The notes under the pieces were generated by a model, which searched no databases, was not told where the DNA came from, and worked only from the letters and a program-made list of their open reading frames with translations. This document shows positions 48,860 through 57,308 of a stretch of DNA of 64,000 bases, piece after piece (positions within the stretch are counted from its first letter, which is position 1; the number at the start of each line of letters is the position of its first letter). Made by a program: the position numbers and the translations under genes. This stretch comes from Candidatus Zixiibacteriota bacterium (lineage in GTDB: Bacteria; RBG-13-66-14; B26-G2; WVWN01), in contig JASFLY010000004.1 in assembly GCA_050117845.1 (NCBI GenBank), positions 1 to 64,000 of the forward strand, in the 5' to 3' direction.

Positions 48860-51403
48860 ATGTGTAGATTTGTAATCGCCACGGTGGCGGTTGCCGCGGC
48901 CGTCGTATCCGCGCACGCTTTATCCGGCGACCTGGTCGTCTTATCGGATAGAGCGGTCCAGCCGAACGACGCGGCCGGCCTGTATTACCTCGGCAAATGC
49001 TCCGCCGGTTATATATACAACGGTTCCGCGGCCACCCTCGGCGCGGTTTCCCCCTATCGGGTGCTGGACGAGGGCGCCCGGGCCAAGCACTACTTTCTCC
49101 TTACGCCGCCGGAACGTACGGCGTTGACGGCCGCCGACATGGCGGCGGCGGGGTCCGTGCAGCCACTGGGAGACGAATACCTGCTGGGGGTCGCGCGAGC
49201 GTCGAGCGTCGGCCTGCTGCTCGCATTGGAGCCGCGGCTGGGCGTTCGGGAACTCCGGCCGGGGGCGCGGGTCCCATGGAAGGCCGCGGCCGAAGCGCCC
49301 CCGACGAAGAAGAACGCCACCGTCGAGGCCGCCATCAACACTATTACGGGGGAGGATTACGCCGGATACATCGCCAAACTCCAGTCGTACCGGACGCGCT
49401 ACTCGTTCACGCCCGGCGCCGAGGGCGCTCGGAACTGGCTCCGCAATTGGTACGCGGCGCAGAACCTGGACGCCGACTGGCACGCCTTCGAGTGCGGCTA
49501 CTACGAGTCGGCCCATTACCCGGAGGCCGGCGGCAGCGTCTACCTGGACGACCGCCATTGCCTGGTTCGCCGCTCCCGGGACGGCGGCGCGAGTTGGGAC
49601 ACGCTCCGGCCGGCCCGGGCTACCGCCGGCTACTATAAGTCGCCGTCTTGCTACTGGTTCGACGACGATAATGGTATATTCGCGGGGATCGACGGTTACG
49701 TCGCGCTGACGGCGGACGGCGGCGATTCCTGGGAGTTCGTAAAATACCACTCCATATCAGCCGGCGGCTTCATCTCCGTCCGAGGCCTCGATTTCGCGCC
49801 GTCCGGTATCGGGTGGTTAAGCTACATCGCAGCCGAAAGGATCGGTAACCAGGGCCCGCTTACCCGGTATTACCACGTGCTGAAAACCGTGGACGGCGGC
49901 CGTAGTTGGAACGAGGTCGAGTGGAACATGCTCTTGCCCGGTTTCGACCGTCTGGCAACGTACGACGAACGGCGGATGTGGGCATTACGATATAACGCAA
50001 CCGCCGGTACATATTTTTATTACTCCGGCGACGGCGGCGGGAATTGGGCCGCGTGCTCCCTCCCGGTTGGGTCGGGCAGCTACGTATACGACGCCGCGGC
50101 GGTCGGGCCGCGGGAAGCGTGGGGCGGTACTTCCGCCGGCCACGTCGTCCGCACGACGAACGGCGTGGATTGGCAGGACGTGGATACGGGGTACACCGGG
50201 ATTTTCCTGCAGGTGGAATTCCCGACGCCCGATATAGGTTATATCGCGGGCACGCCGGTAATTAAGACCGAGGACGGCGGCGAGACCTGGACGCCGTTGG
50301 CCGGCCTCCCGGAATTCATGTGTTTCAATATGTCTTTCGCCGACGCAGAGCACGGCGTAATCGCCGACCGTTACGGCGAGAACGTCTATCTCACGGAGGA
50401 CGGCGGGGAAACCTGGACGGATATCTCCGGCGGCCTTAACGCACCGGAGTACAACGTCGTGGCGGAGCGCCGCGGCACCGAGCGGCCCGACGAAATAGTG
50501 ATAATCGGCGGCCACTACGACTCGATATCCGAGGCCCGGCCGTGGAACTGTCCGGGGGCGGACGATAACGCTTCCGGGGCGGCGGTCGCGATGGCGGCGG
50601 CGCGGGCCTTCCGCAACGTCAGCTTCGAGCGGACCGTGCGTTTCATGGGCTTCGGCGACGAGGAAGCGGGGTGTTTGGGCAGCGAGGCCTACGCGAACGA
50701 GTGCGCGGAGAAGGGCGAAAATATAATTGCCGTCCTGAACGCCGATATGGTGGCGTACGACGAGGAAGAGGGGGGCCGGGACGACTTTATAACCGACGTC
50801 GGCGAGTACGGCTGGCTGGCGGAGTACTTGATCGCCGTCGGCGCCATGTACGGAAACAACCTGATTTACGAGAGCGGGACCTCGGGCAGCGATCACCTCT
50901 CGTTCCGGGACGCCGGTTACGCGGCGATGGGAACCGGCGAAGGCGGCGTCGGCGAGGGCGGGAGCCAGGAGAACCCCTGGTACCACTCGACCGAAGACAC
51001 GCTCGACAAGCTGGACGCCGACCTGGCCGCCCGTTGCGCTCGCGACCTCGCGGCCATGGTGGCCCACCTCGCCGGCGAGGCCGGGACGTTCCCGGATCCG
51101 CCGGGCCCCGGCGAGGCCGCCGTGCCCTTCGCCCGGGCGTTCGCCGTCTACCCGAACCCCTACTGCTACGCGTCCACGGCCTCCGCGGGCGTGAGGTTCG
51201 TGGGCCTTAGCACCCCCGCGAAAGTGGAAATATACGACCTGGCGGGCCGGCGCGTGGCCCGGTGGGACGTGGCCGCCGGGACCGACGAGTATTCGTGGCG
51301 GCCGGCGACGGCCGGCGGCGCGGCCCTCGCGGCCGGCGTCTACCTCTACCACGTATCGGGCGAGGGCCAGGAGGAAACGGGTAAAATCGCCGTTATTAAA
51401 TAG
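48860..51403 (+). CDS. M28 metallopeptidase F with propeller insert and T9SS/FlgD-like tail
   Basis: GGHYDS, GADDNASG, GDEEAG; close paralogue of D. Confidence 0.85.
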   Translation: MCRFVIATVAVAAAVVSAHALSGDLVVLSDRAVQPNDAAGLYYLGKCSAGYIYNGSAATLGAVSPYRVLDEGARAKHYFLLTPPERTALTAADMAAAGSVQPLGDEYLLGVARASSVGLLLALEPRLGVRELRPGARVPWKAAAEAPPTKKNATVEAAINTITGEDYAGYIAKLQSYRTRYSFTPGAEGARNWLRNWYAAQNLDADWHAFECGYYESAHYPEAGGSVYLDDRHCLVRRSRDGGASWDTLRPARATAGYYKSPSCYWFDDDNGIFAGIDGYVALTADGGDSWEFVKYHSISAGGFISVRGLDFAPSGIGWLSYIAAERIGNQGPLTRYYHVLKTVDGGRSWNEVEWNMLLPGFDRLATYDERRMWALRYNATAGTYFYYSGDGGGNWAACSLPVGSGSYVYDAAAVGPREAWGGTSAGHVVRTTNGVDWQDVDTGYTGIFLQVEFPTPDIGYIAGTPVIKTEDGGETWTPLAGLPEFMCFNMSFADAEHGVIADRYGENVYLTEDGGETWTDISGGLNAPEYNVVAERRGTERPDEIVIIGGHYDSISEARPWNCPGADDNASGAAVAMAAARAFRNVSFERTVRFMGFGDEEAGCLGSEAYANECAEKGENIIAVLNADMVAYDEEEGGRDDFITDVGEYGWLAEYLIAVGAMYGNNLIYESGTSGSDHLSFRDAGYAAMGTGEGGVGEGGSQENPWYHSTEDTLDKLDADLAARCARDLAAMVAHLAGEAGTFPDPPGPGEAAVPFARAFAVYPNPYCYASTASAGVRFVGLSTPAKVEIYDLAGRRVARWDVAAGTDEYSWRPATAGGAALAAGVYLYHVSGEGQEETGKIAVIK

Positions 51404-51515
51404 GCGATATTGGGGATAGCTCGCGTAATAGGCAAGGGCCGGCCTCTCGGGCCGTCTGCCGATTATTTCGCGGAAAAATTTGCTAATTCTTACTAGTCTG
51501 CTATAATTAAGAGGC

Positions 51516-53678
51516 GTGATAACCCCCAAATTACGAACCATGTTGAATCTGAGCGTAAAGGCGGCGGTCGGCGCCGCCATTATATTCTGTATATCTTTGC
51601 CGGCCTACGGCGACGAACCGCCCCCCGAAGGCCGCGACGGCGCCATCAGTTCGGCGCTCGACGGCATTACGAACAACGGGATACGGGCCTACGTCGAGGA
51701 CCTTCAAGGTTTCAAGACGCGTTATTCGTATATGCCCGGGTGCGACGAGGCCCGGGATTATATCGAGCAGCGGCTGGAATCCTGGGGGTATCGTACGCGG
51801 GTGCAGCAGTTCCCGGGAGGCCGCCTCGCCGGCAGCCGCTGGGGCGACGGCGGGAACAGCGCCTGGGTAATGACCGAGGGATGTACCCTCTTCCACACGG
51901 ACGACGGCGGCGTTGACTGGGTCCGGCAGGTCCCCGCCGCTCCCGGTTACCTCTACGACGTCCATTTCGTCGACGAGTCGGTGGGTTACGCGGCTTGCGG
52001 CGGGGGCGTCGTGGCCGCGACGACGGACGGCGGCATGACCTGGGAGAACCTCACGGTCGAAGCCGGAAGCGAGGACGCGTTCCGGGCGGTTTACTTCCGG
52101 GAGGCCGACGTCGGATGGGCGGCCTGTTTCCACGGGGCCGAAGCGCGAATATACCGCACCGCCGACGGCGGCCTGGAATGGACGGCGCAATCCCTGCCCC
52201 AGTACGGGTGCCCCCATATCATATCGTTCGGCGACCTCGAGTGCGGCTGGGCCGTCCCCGGTTCGTACGAGGATGCCGTCGTTTACCGTACGGTGAACGG
52301 CGGCGCGAATTGGGAACTGCAGGATTTCCCGGTCCCGCCGGCGAGCGTTAAGTCCTTCGTCGCCCTCGACGGCGCGGTGGCCTGGGCGGCGTACGGCGGC
52401 TCGAGCCTGCTTTACACCCGGGACGGCGGGGAGACCTGGCTGCGCACGCCCGAATTTTCCTCGCACGTCCTGACGGCGGTGGCCTTCGCCGGCCCCAAGG
52501 TGGGGTACGCCGCCGGCAACGAGGTAATCTACAAGACGGATGACGGCGGCCTGTCGTGGTACGCGCTCGAAGGCGCGCCTCTCGAGTTTTGGGGCGACGT
52601 GGCCTTCGGCGACGAGGACCACGGCCTTTTAATCGACCTTTACGGCCGCGAGCTCTACCTGACGAGCGACGGCGGCGCAAGTTTCGAGCGGATTAACTCC
52701 CGCGTCGATTTGTCGTGGGAGAACATTATCGCCGAGCGCCGCGGTACGGTCGCCCCGGATGAAATAGTCCTGATGGGCGCCCATTACGACTCGACTTCCG
52801 ACCGTCCCGCCGTAAGCGCCCCGGGCGCCGACGCCGCCGGCGCGGGGGTCGCCGCCGCGTTGGCCGCGGCGGAAGTTTTCCGCGACCTGCCCGTCGACCG
52901 GACGCTGCGCTTCGTCTTCTTCGGCGGGGCCGAACAGGGCTATCTCGGCAGCCGGGCCTACGCCGAGGAGGCCTCCGCCAAGGACGAGGACATAATAGCC
53001 GCCGTGCTCATGGACATGATCGGCTACGACGAGGACGCGGGAGGCCGGGACGACGCCATAATCCGCATCAGCGGCTCTTCCATATGGCTCGCCGACCACG
53101 TCGGCGCCGTAGGCGGCATCTATAACACGAAGATGCTTTTCGATTACCAACTGAACGGCGGGGCCGGCGACCACGTCCCGTTCTGGGACGCCCGCTACGA
53201 TTCCATCGGCTTTTTCGAGGGCGGCCCGGAGTCGGAGAGCGAATCGACGTACCCCTATTACCACACGGCCGAGGACACGCTCGACAAATTGACCGTGCCG
53301 CTGGTAACCCGTACGGCCCGGACGGCCGCCGCCGTCGTGGGCCACCTCGCCCGTTCGGACTATATCGGCGTCGAGGATCCCCCCACGACCGCGGATACCG
53401 CTCCCCGGGTAGCGAGGCCCTTCGCCGTTTATCCCAATCCCTTCCGCTACGCCGCGGCCGCGGGCCTCACATTCACGGGCGTTTCCTCCCCCGCGACCGT
53501 CGCCGTCTACGACGTGGCCGGCCGCCGTATCGCCTCGTGCGAGGTTCCGGCCGGCGCCGAGGACTTCCGGTGGCGGCCGGCGCGGCCCGGCGGCGAGCCG
53601 CTCGGCCCGGGGGTCTATATATATCGCGTATCAGGCCGGGATCAGCTCGAGGTCGGGAAGGTCGTCGTCGATCGCTAA
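51516..53678 (+). CDS. M28-like protein G: propeller insert and tail, no pro-region, degenerate active site
   Basis: GAHYDS present, but GADAAGAG and GGAEQG replace the catalytic motifs; start at 51516 or 51540. Confidence 0.8.
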   Translation: MITPKLRTMLNLSVKAAVGAAIIFCISLPAYGDEPPPEGRDGAISSALDGITNNGIRAYVEDLQGFKTRYSYMPGCDEARDYIEQRLESWGYRTRVQQFPGGRLAGSRWGDGGNSAWVMTEGCTLFHTDDGGVDWVRQVPAAPGYLYDVHFVDESVGYAACGGGVVAATTDGGMTWENLTVEAGSEDAFRAVYFREADVGWAACFHGAEARIYRTADGGLEWTAQSLPQYGCPHIISFGDLECGWAVPGSYEDAVVYRTVNGGANWELQDFPVPPASVKSFVALDGAVAWAAYGGSSLLYTRDGGETWLRTPEFSSHVLTAVAFAGPKVGYAAGNEVIYKTDDGGLSWYALEGAPLEFWGDVAFGDEDHGLLIDLYGRELYLTSDGGASFERINSRVDLSWENIIAERRGTVAPDEIVLMGAHYDSTSDRPAVSAPGADAAGAGVAAALAAAEVFRDLPVDRTLRFVFFGGAEQGYLGSRAYAEEASAKDEDIIAAVLMDMIGYDEDAGGRDDAIIRISGSSIWLADHVGAVGGIYNTKMLFDYQLNGGAGDHVPFWDARYDSIGFFEGGPESESESTYPYYHTAEDTLDKLTVPLVTRTARTAAAVVGHLARSDYIGVEDPPTTADTAPRVARPFAVYPNPFRYAAAAGLTFTGVSSPATVAVYDVAGRRIASCEVPAGAEDFRWRPARPGGEPLGPGVYIYRVSGRDQLEVGKVVVDR

Positions 53679-53834
53679 GGGCCGCCGCGGCGCGCATGGA
53701 ATAACCGTTGCAGGTCGGGGAACGCCCCGGCTTTTTTTCTTGCTATTTAAGCCGTACTTGTATAGTATCAGAAATAAGTTGAAACGTAGCGGCCGCCGCC
53801 TCACTCTCTCCCCGAGGCGCGCCGGGGACAACTC

Positions 53835-54335
53835 ATGAACGGAAAAACGGTAATAGCCCTTTATCCGGGCACGTTCGATCCCGTCACGTACGGCCACCTC
53901 GACATCGCCGAGAGGTGCGTCCGCATCTTCGACGGCCTTATAATCGGCATTGCCGTGAATCCCCACAAAGAGCCGCTCTTCGACGTCGAACAGCGGATGG
54001 AAATGCTCCGGGAGGTTACGTCCCACCTGCCGGACGTGGAGATAGACAGCTTCGATTGCCTGACGGTCGATTACGCCCGGCGGCGCGGCGCCTCGGTCAT
54101 CGTGCGGGGCCTCCGGGCCGTTTCCGATTTCGAGGAGGAGTTCAAAATGGCCTCCGCGAACCGGAAACTGGCCGACGAGATAAATACCGTTCTGATGCTG
54201 CCGTCCGAGAAATATTTCTACCTCAACTCGAGCCTCGTCAAGGAGATAGGTCGCCTCGGCGGGCCGGTGAGTTGCTTCGTACCGCCGGTGGTGGAGGAGC
54301 GCCTGCGAGAGAAGCTGGCGGCCGGGAAATATTGA
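53835..54335 (+). CDS. coaD: Phosphopantetheine adenylyltransferase
   Basis: YPGTFDPVTYGHLDI, VRGLRAVSDFE, SSLVKEI. Confidence 0.95.
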   Translation: MNGKTVIALYPGTFDPVTYGHLDIAERCVRIFDGLIIGIAVNPHKEPLFDVEQRMEMLREVTSHLPDVEIDSFDCLTVDYARRRGASVIVRGLRAVSDFEEEFKMASANRKLADEINTVLMLPSEKYFYLNSSLVKEIGRLGGPVSCFVPPVVEERLREKLAAGKY

Positions 54336-54336
54336 G

Positions 54337-54798
54337 ATGAAGGAAGAAGAATATCTGGAAGGCGGGGCGTTCCACACCATCGTCGTCAGCACCGACGGGA
54401 CGCAGTTCGCGTTGCGCGCCGTCGAGGTGGCCTTCAGGCTGGCCAAAAGGGACCGGGCCAAATTAATAGTAATCTCGGTTATAGACACCTCGGTCCTCGC
54501 CGATTTCTCGGGCGAGTCGAAACGCCAGCGGGAGAAGATGGAGCGGGAGCTGGAGTACAACGCCGAGGAGGCCGTGGCGAAGGTGGGCAAGATGGCCACG
54601 GCGGAAGGCGTGGACGCGGAGATGATAGTTAAGCGAGGCCGGCCCCACATCGAAATTACCACCGCCGCGACCCAGGCCGAGGCCGACCTCGTCGTAATAA
54701 GCAAGCGGAGCGGATACCGCACCGGCCGTCACCCCGTGGGCAGCGTCACCCAGCGCGTCGTCGAGGACGCCGATTGCGCCGTTCTCATCGTCCCGTAA
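54337..54798 (+). CDS. Universal stress protein
   Basis: IVVSTDG, G.PHIEI, ADLVVI, GSVTQRVV..ADCAVLIV. Confidence 0.9.
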   Translation: MKEEEYLEGGAFHTIVVSTDGTQFALRAVEVAFRLAKRDRAKLIVISVIDTSVLADFSGESKRQREKMERELEYNAEEAVAKVGKMATAEGVDAEMIVKRGRPHIEITTAATQAEADLVVISKRSGYRTGRHPVGSVTQRVVEDADCAVLIVP

Positions 54799-54819
54799 GC
54801 GGCCGGCCGGGATTTTCGC

Positions 54820-54848
54820 TTGACACAAAATTGGACCATTGGTAAACT
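54820..54848 (+). promoter_or_regulatory. Sigma70-type promoter for the seven-gene operon
   Basis: TTGACA-N17-TAAACT. Confidence 0.6.
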
Positions 54849-54892
54849 TTCGTCGTACCCTGGGCCTAATTCCACCTACGGGAGCGAGAACT

Positions 54893-55807
54893 ATGAAGCG
54901 GTTGGTAGCGTTCGCGGTAGTGGCAGGATTGGTAATCCCCTTGGCGGCGACCGTCGGCTGCCGGGGCGGCAAGAGTTCGGCGGAGATGGAACCGTTGGTC
55001 GTAATGCTCGGGCCGACCTTCGACCCGGCGACGGCCTCCAAGCAGTTCGAACCGCTGGCGGGATACCTCGAGGAGCAGGTAGGCCAGCCGTTCAAGTTCG
55101 TACCCACGAAGTCGCGCGACGAGTTTTCGGCGGAGGTGAAGGACGGCAAGGCCTCCTTCGTCTACGCCAACCCGTTGGACTACGCCGAGGTTGCGGACGC
55201 CTGCATCATCTTGACCAAGGCCAGTTACCCCAATACCGGTTCGATGGTGCAGGGCTGTATCATCGTCGCGGAGGGCGAGGCCATAAAGATCCGGGACGTA
55301 TCCGAGCTCAAGGGCGCTTCTATTATGATAGTCTCCGATAGTTCGCTCGGCGGATATCTATCTCAGAAGATGTTCTTCGACCGGAGCGAGCTCGACCTCG
55401 ACCTCGACTTCGATCTCCGCACGGCGCCGAACGGGACGGCCGAGGAAGTCATCGCCGCGGTGGCGGCGGGCGAGGTCGAGTACGGCTGCGTGCCTATAGA
55501 CTTCTACCCGGAACGCAAACCCTACAAGGGGACCGAGGTTCTGACCATATCGGAGAAGGTTCCGGTCGAGGCCTTCGGCTTCGTCGAGATGGGCGGCGAC
55601 AAGATGCTGGGCGGGAAAGTGCGCGACGTCCTGAAGGATATCCCGAAGGACGATCCTATCTTGAAACCGCTCGGCATCGAGAATTTCAGCCTGGCGACGG
55701 CCGCGGAATACGACATAGTCACGAACTACCTCGCGCAGGATAAAATCGACAAGGCGCAACGTTTGTCCTCCGAGGTGCCGGCCGAAACCGGCGAATCGGG
55801 AAATTAG
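54893..55807 (+). CDS. PhnD/phosphonate-binding-like substrate-binding lipoprotein
   Basis: Lipobox TVGC; FEPLAGYLE, ANPLDY, SSLGGYL; ATG 54893 after ggag. Confidence 0.75.
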   Translation: MKRLVAFAVVAGLVIPLAATVGCRGGKSSAEMEPLVVMLGPTFDPATASKQFEPLAGYLEEQVGQPFKFVPTKSRDEFSAEVKDGKASFVYANPLDYAEVADACIILTKASYPNTGSMVQGCIIVAEGEAIKIRDVSELKGASIMIVSDSSLGGYLSQKMFFDRSELDLDLDFDLRTAPNGTAEEVIAAVAAGEVEYGCVPIDFYPERKPYKGTEVLTISEKVPVEAFGFVEMGGDKMLGGKVRDVLKDIPKDDPILKPLGIENFSLATAAEYDIVTNYLAQDKIDKAQRLSSEVPAETGESGN

Positions 55808-55812
55808 CACTA

Positions 55813-56418
55813 TTGCGAGCATTTCATGATTTCGGCCGGCGGATCGGCGAAAAACTAATCTATCCGCCGGCCCGTTTAATCGGTCGCCTGGGCATAGACC
55901 CGATGGTCTTCACGCTCGGCGGTTTTGGTTTGGCCGTCGGCGCGGGCGTGGCCTTCGGGTTCGGCCTGTTTCGCCTCGGCGCCTGTCTCGTCCTGGCAGC
56001 CGGCCTGGCCGACATGGTGGACGGCGCGGTCGCCCGGGTCAACGAGCGCGGCAGCGAGTTCGGCGCTTTCATGGACTCGGTCGTCGACCGCTACAGCGAG
56101 GCCGCGTACTTAACGGGCCTGATTTACTTCTACGCGGCCGCAGCCGACGCTACGATGACGCTCCTCGCGGCCCTGGTGCTCAGCGGGTCGGTTTTCGTCT
56201 CGTACACCAAGGCCCGGGCCGAGTGCTTTATAGAAAGTTGCAAGGTCGGCATTATGGAGCGGCCGGAGCGCGTGATACTGCTCGCGCTCGGCTACCTGGT
56301 GGGCGGATACGGCCCCTTCGTGGCCCTACTCCTGCTGGCTGTCCTGTCGCAATTCACGGCTATTCAGCGTATCTGGTATACGCGCGGCCGGCTGCTTTCG
56401 CGGAAACCCCGCAAGTGA
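55813..56418 (+). CDS. CDP-alcohol phosphatidyltransferase (PIP/archaetidylinositol-phosphate synthase-like)
   Basis: DMVDGAVAR..GAFMDSVVDR, SYTKARAE, GIMERPER. Confidence 0.88.
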   Translation: MRAFHDFGRRIGEKLIYPPARLIGRLGIDPMVFTLGGFGLAVGAGVAFGFGLFRLGACLVLAAGLADMVDGAVARVNERGSEFGAFMDSVVDRYSEAAYLTGLIYFYAAAADATMTLLAALVLSGSVFVSYTKARAECFIESCKVGIMERPERVILLALGYLVGGYGPFVALLLLAVLSQFTAIQRIWYTRGRLLSRKPRK

Positions 56419-56443
56419 CGGCCGGCGGGGCGGCATTGACTGC

Positions 56444-57304
56444 ATGACCAAAGAGCGAAATCCCAACGTCGCGGTCATCGGCTTCCTGCGGCTGATGCGG
56501 CCCGCGGATTGGGCCGTGGCCTTCGCCGGAGCGGCCCTCGGGGCCCGGCTGGCCGGGGCGCCCCCGGCGGTCTCGATAACGCCCGTCGCCGCGGCCGTCG
56601 CGGCGGTAATCGCGGGGGCCTTCGTTAACGGCGACTGGCTCCACCGCCGGACGCGTCTTTTGGCGTCCCCCGGCAATCCCATCGCCCGCGGCCTGGTGCG
56701 GCCCGGCGAGGCGAAGTGGCTGGGTTTCATCCTGATGGCCGTCGGCCTGGCCGGGGCCGCGTTTTTCGGCCTTCGCACTTTCGCCGCCGCACTCTTTACG
56801 GCGGCTTTTATATTACTGGTCAATTACTTTTTCGATAAAACCTATTTCATGCGAAACGTGCTCGCCGCGGTCGTCGTGATAATGCCCCTTACGTACGGGT
56901 GGCTGGCGGCGGGCGGCGACGCCGAGCCGCCGGTCGTCGCGGCCGTAACCGCGGGCCTCATCGCGATATCGGCCAGCGTTTTCCGCGACGTGGAGACGCG
57001 GCGGGCGGACGAGATAGTGGGCCGGAAGACGGTCGCCAGCGCCGGCGGCCGGTTCCCCGTAATCGTCGCCGGGGCCTTCGCGCTGGCGGCGGTCGTCGTT
57101 TCCGTTATACCTTATTGGACCGGCGATTATTCGCGGCGCTACGTCGCGCTCGTTGCGGCCGTGGGCGGCCTTATGTTATTTTACGCCGTTTTGAACCTCC
57201 GTCGCCGCGAGCCCGATCCGCTTTTCGCCGCGTCCACGGCCCGCATGATGAAGTTTCTGATATTCGTCTACTTCGCCGGCGTGTACTGGGAGACGTTGGC
57301 CTGA
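56444..57304 (+). CDS. UbiA prenyltransferase family, DGGGP synthase-like, with degenerate Asp motifs
   Basis: LRLMRP N-terminus, PGNPIARG, FRDVETRRADEIVGRKT, K near the last helix; about 8-9 TM helices. Confidence 0.7.
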   Translation: MTKERNPNVAVIGFLRLMRPADWAVAFAGAALGARLAGAPPAVSITPVAAAVAAVIAGAFVNGDWLHRRTRLLASPGNPIARGLVRPGEAKWLGFILMAVGLAGAAFFGLRTFAAALFTAAFILLVNYFFDKTYFMRNVLAAVVVIMPLTYGWLAAGGDAEPPVVAAVTAGLIAISASVFRDVETRRADEIVGRKTVASAGGRFPVIVAGAFALAAVVVSVIPYWTGDYSRRYVALVAAVGGLMLFYAVLNLRRREPDPLFAASTARMMKFLIFVYFAGVYWETLA

Positions 57305-57308
57305 GCTT

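Noticed and set aside
36868..53678. Diversity-generating retroelement behind the near-identical 3' repeats
   Set aside because: No reverse transcriptase in the window, both copies of each repeat are coding, and the few mismatches are not consistently adenine-specific.
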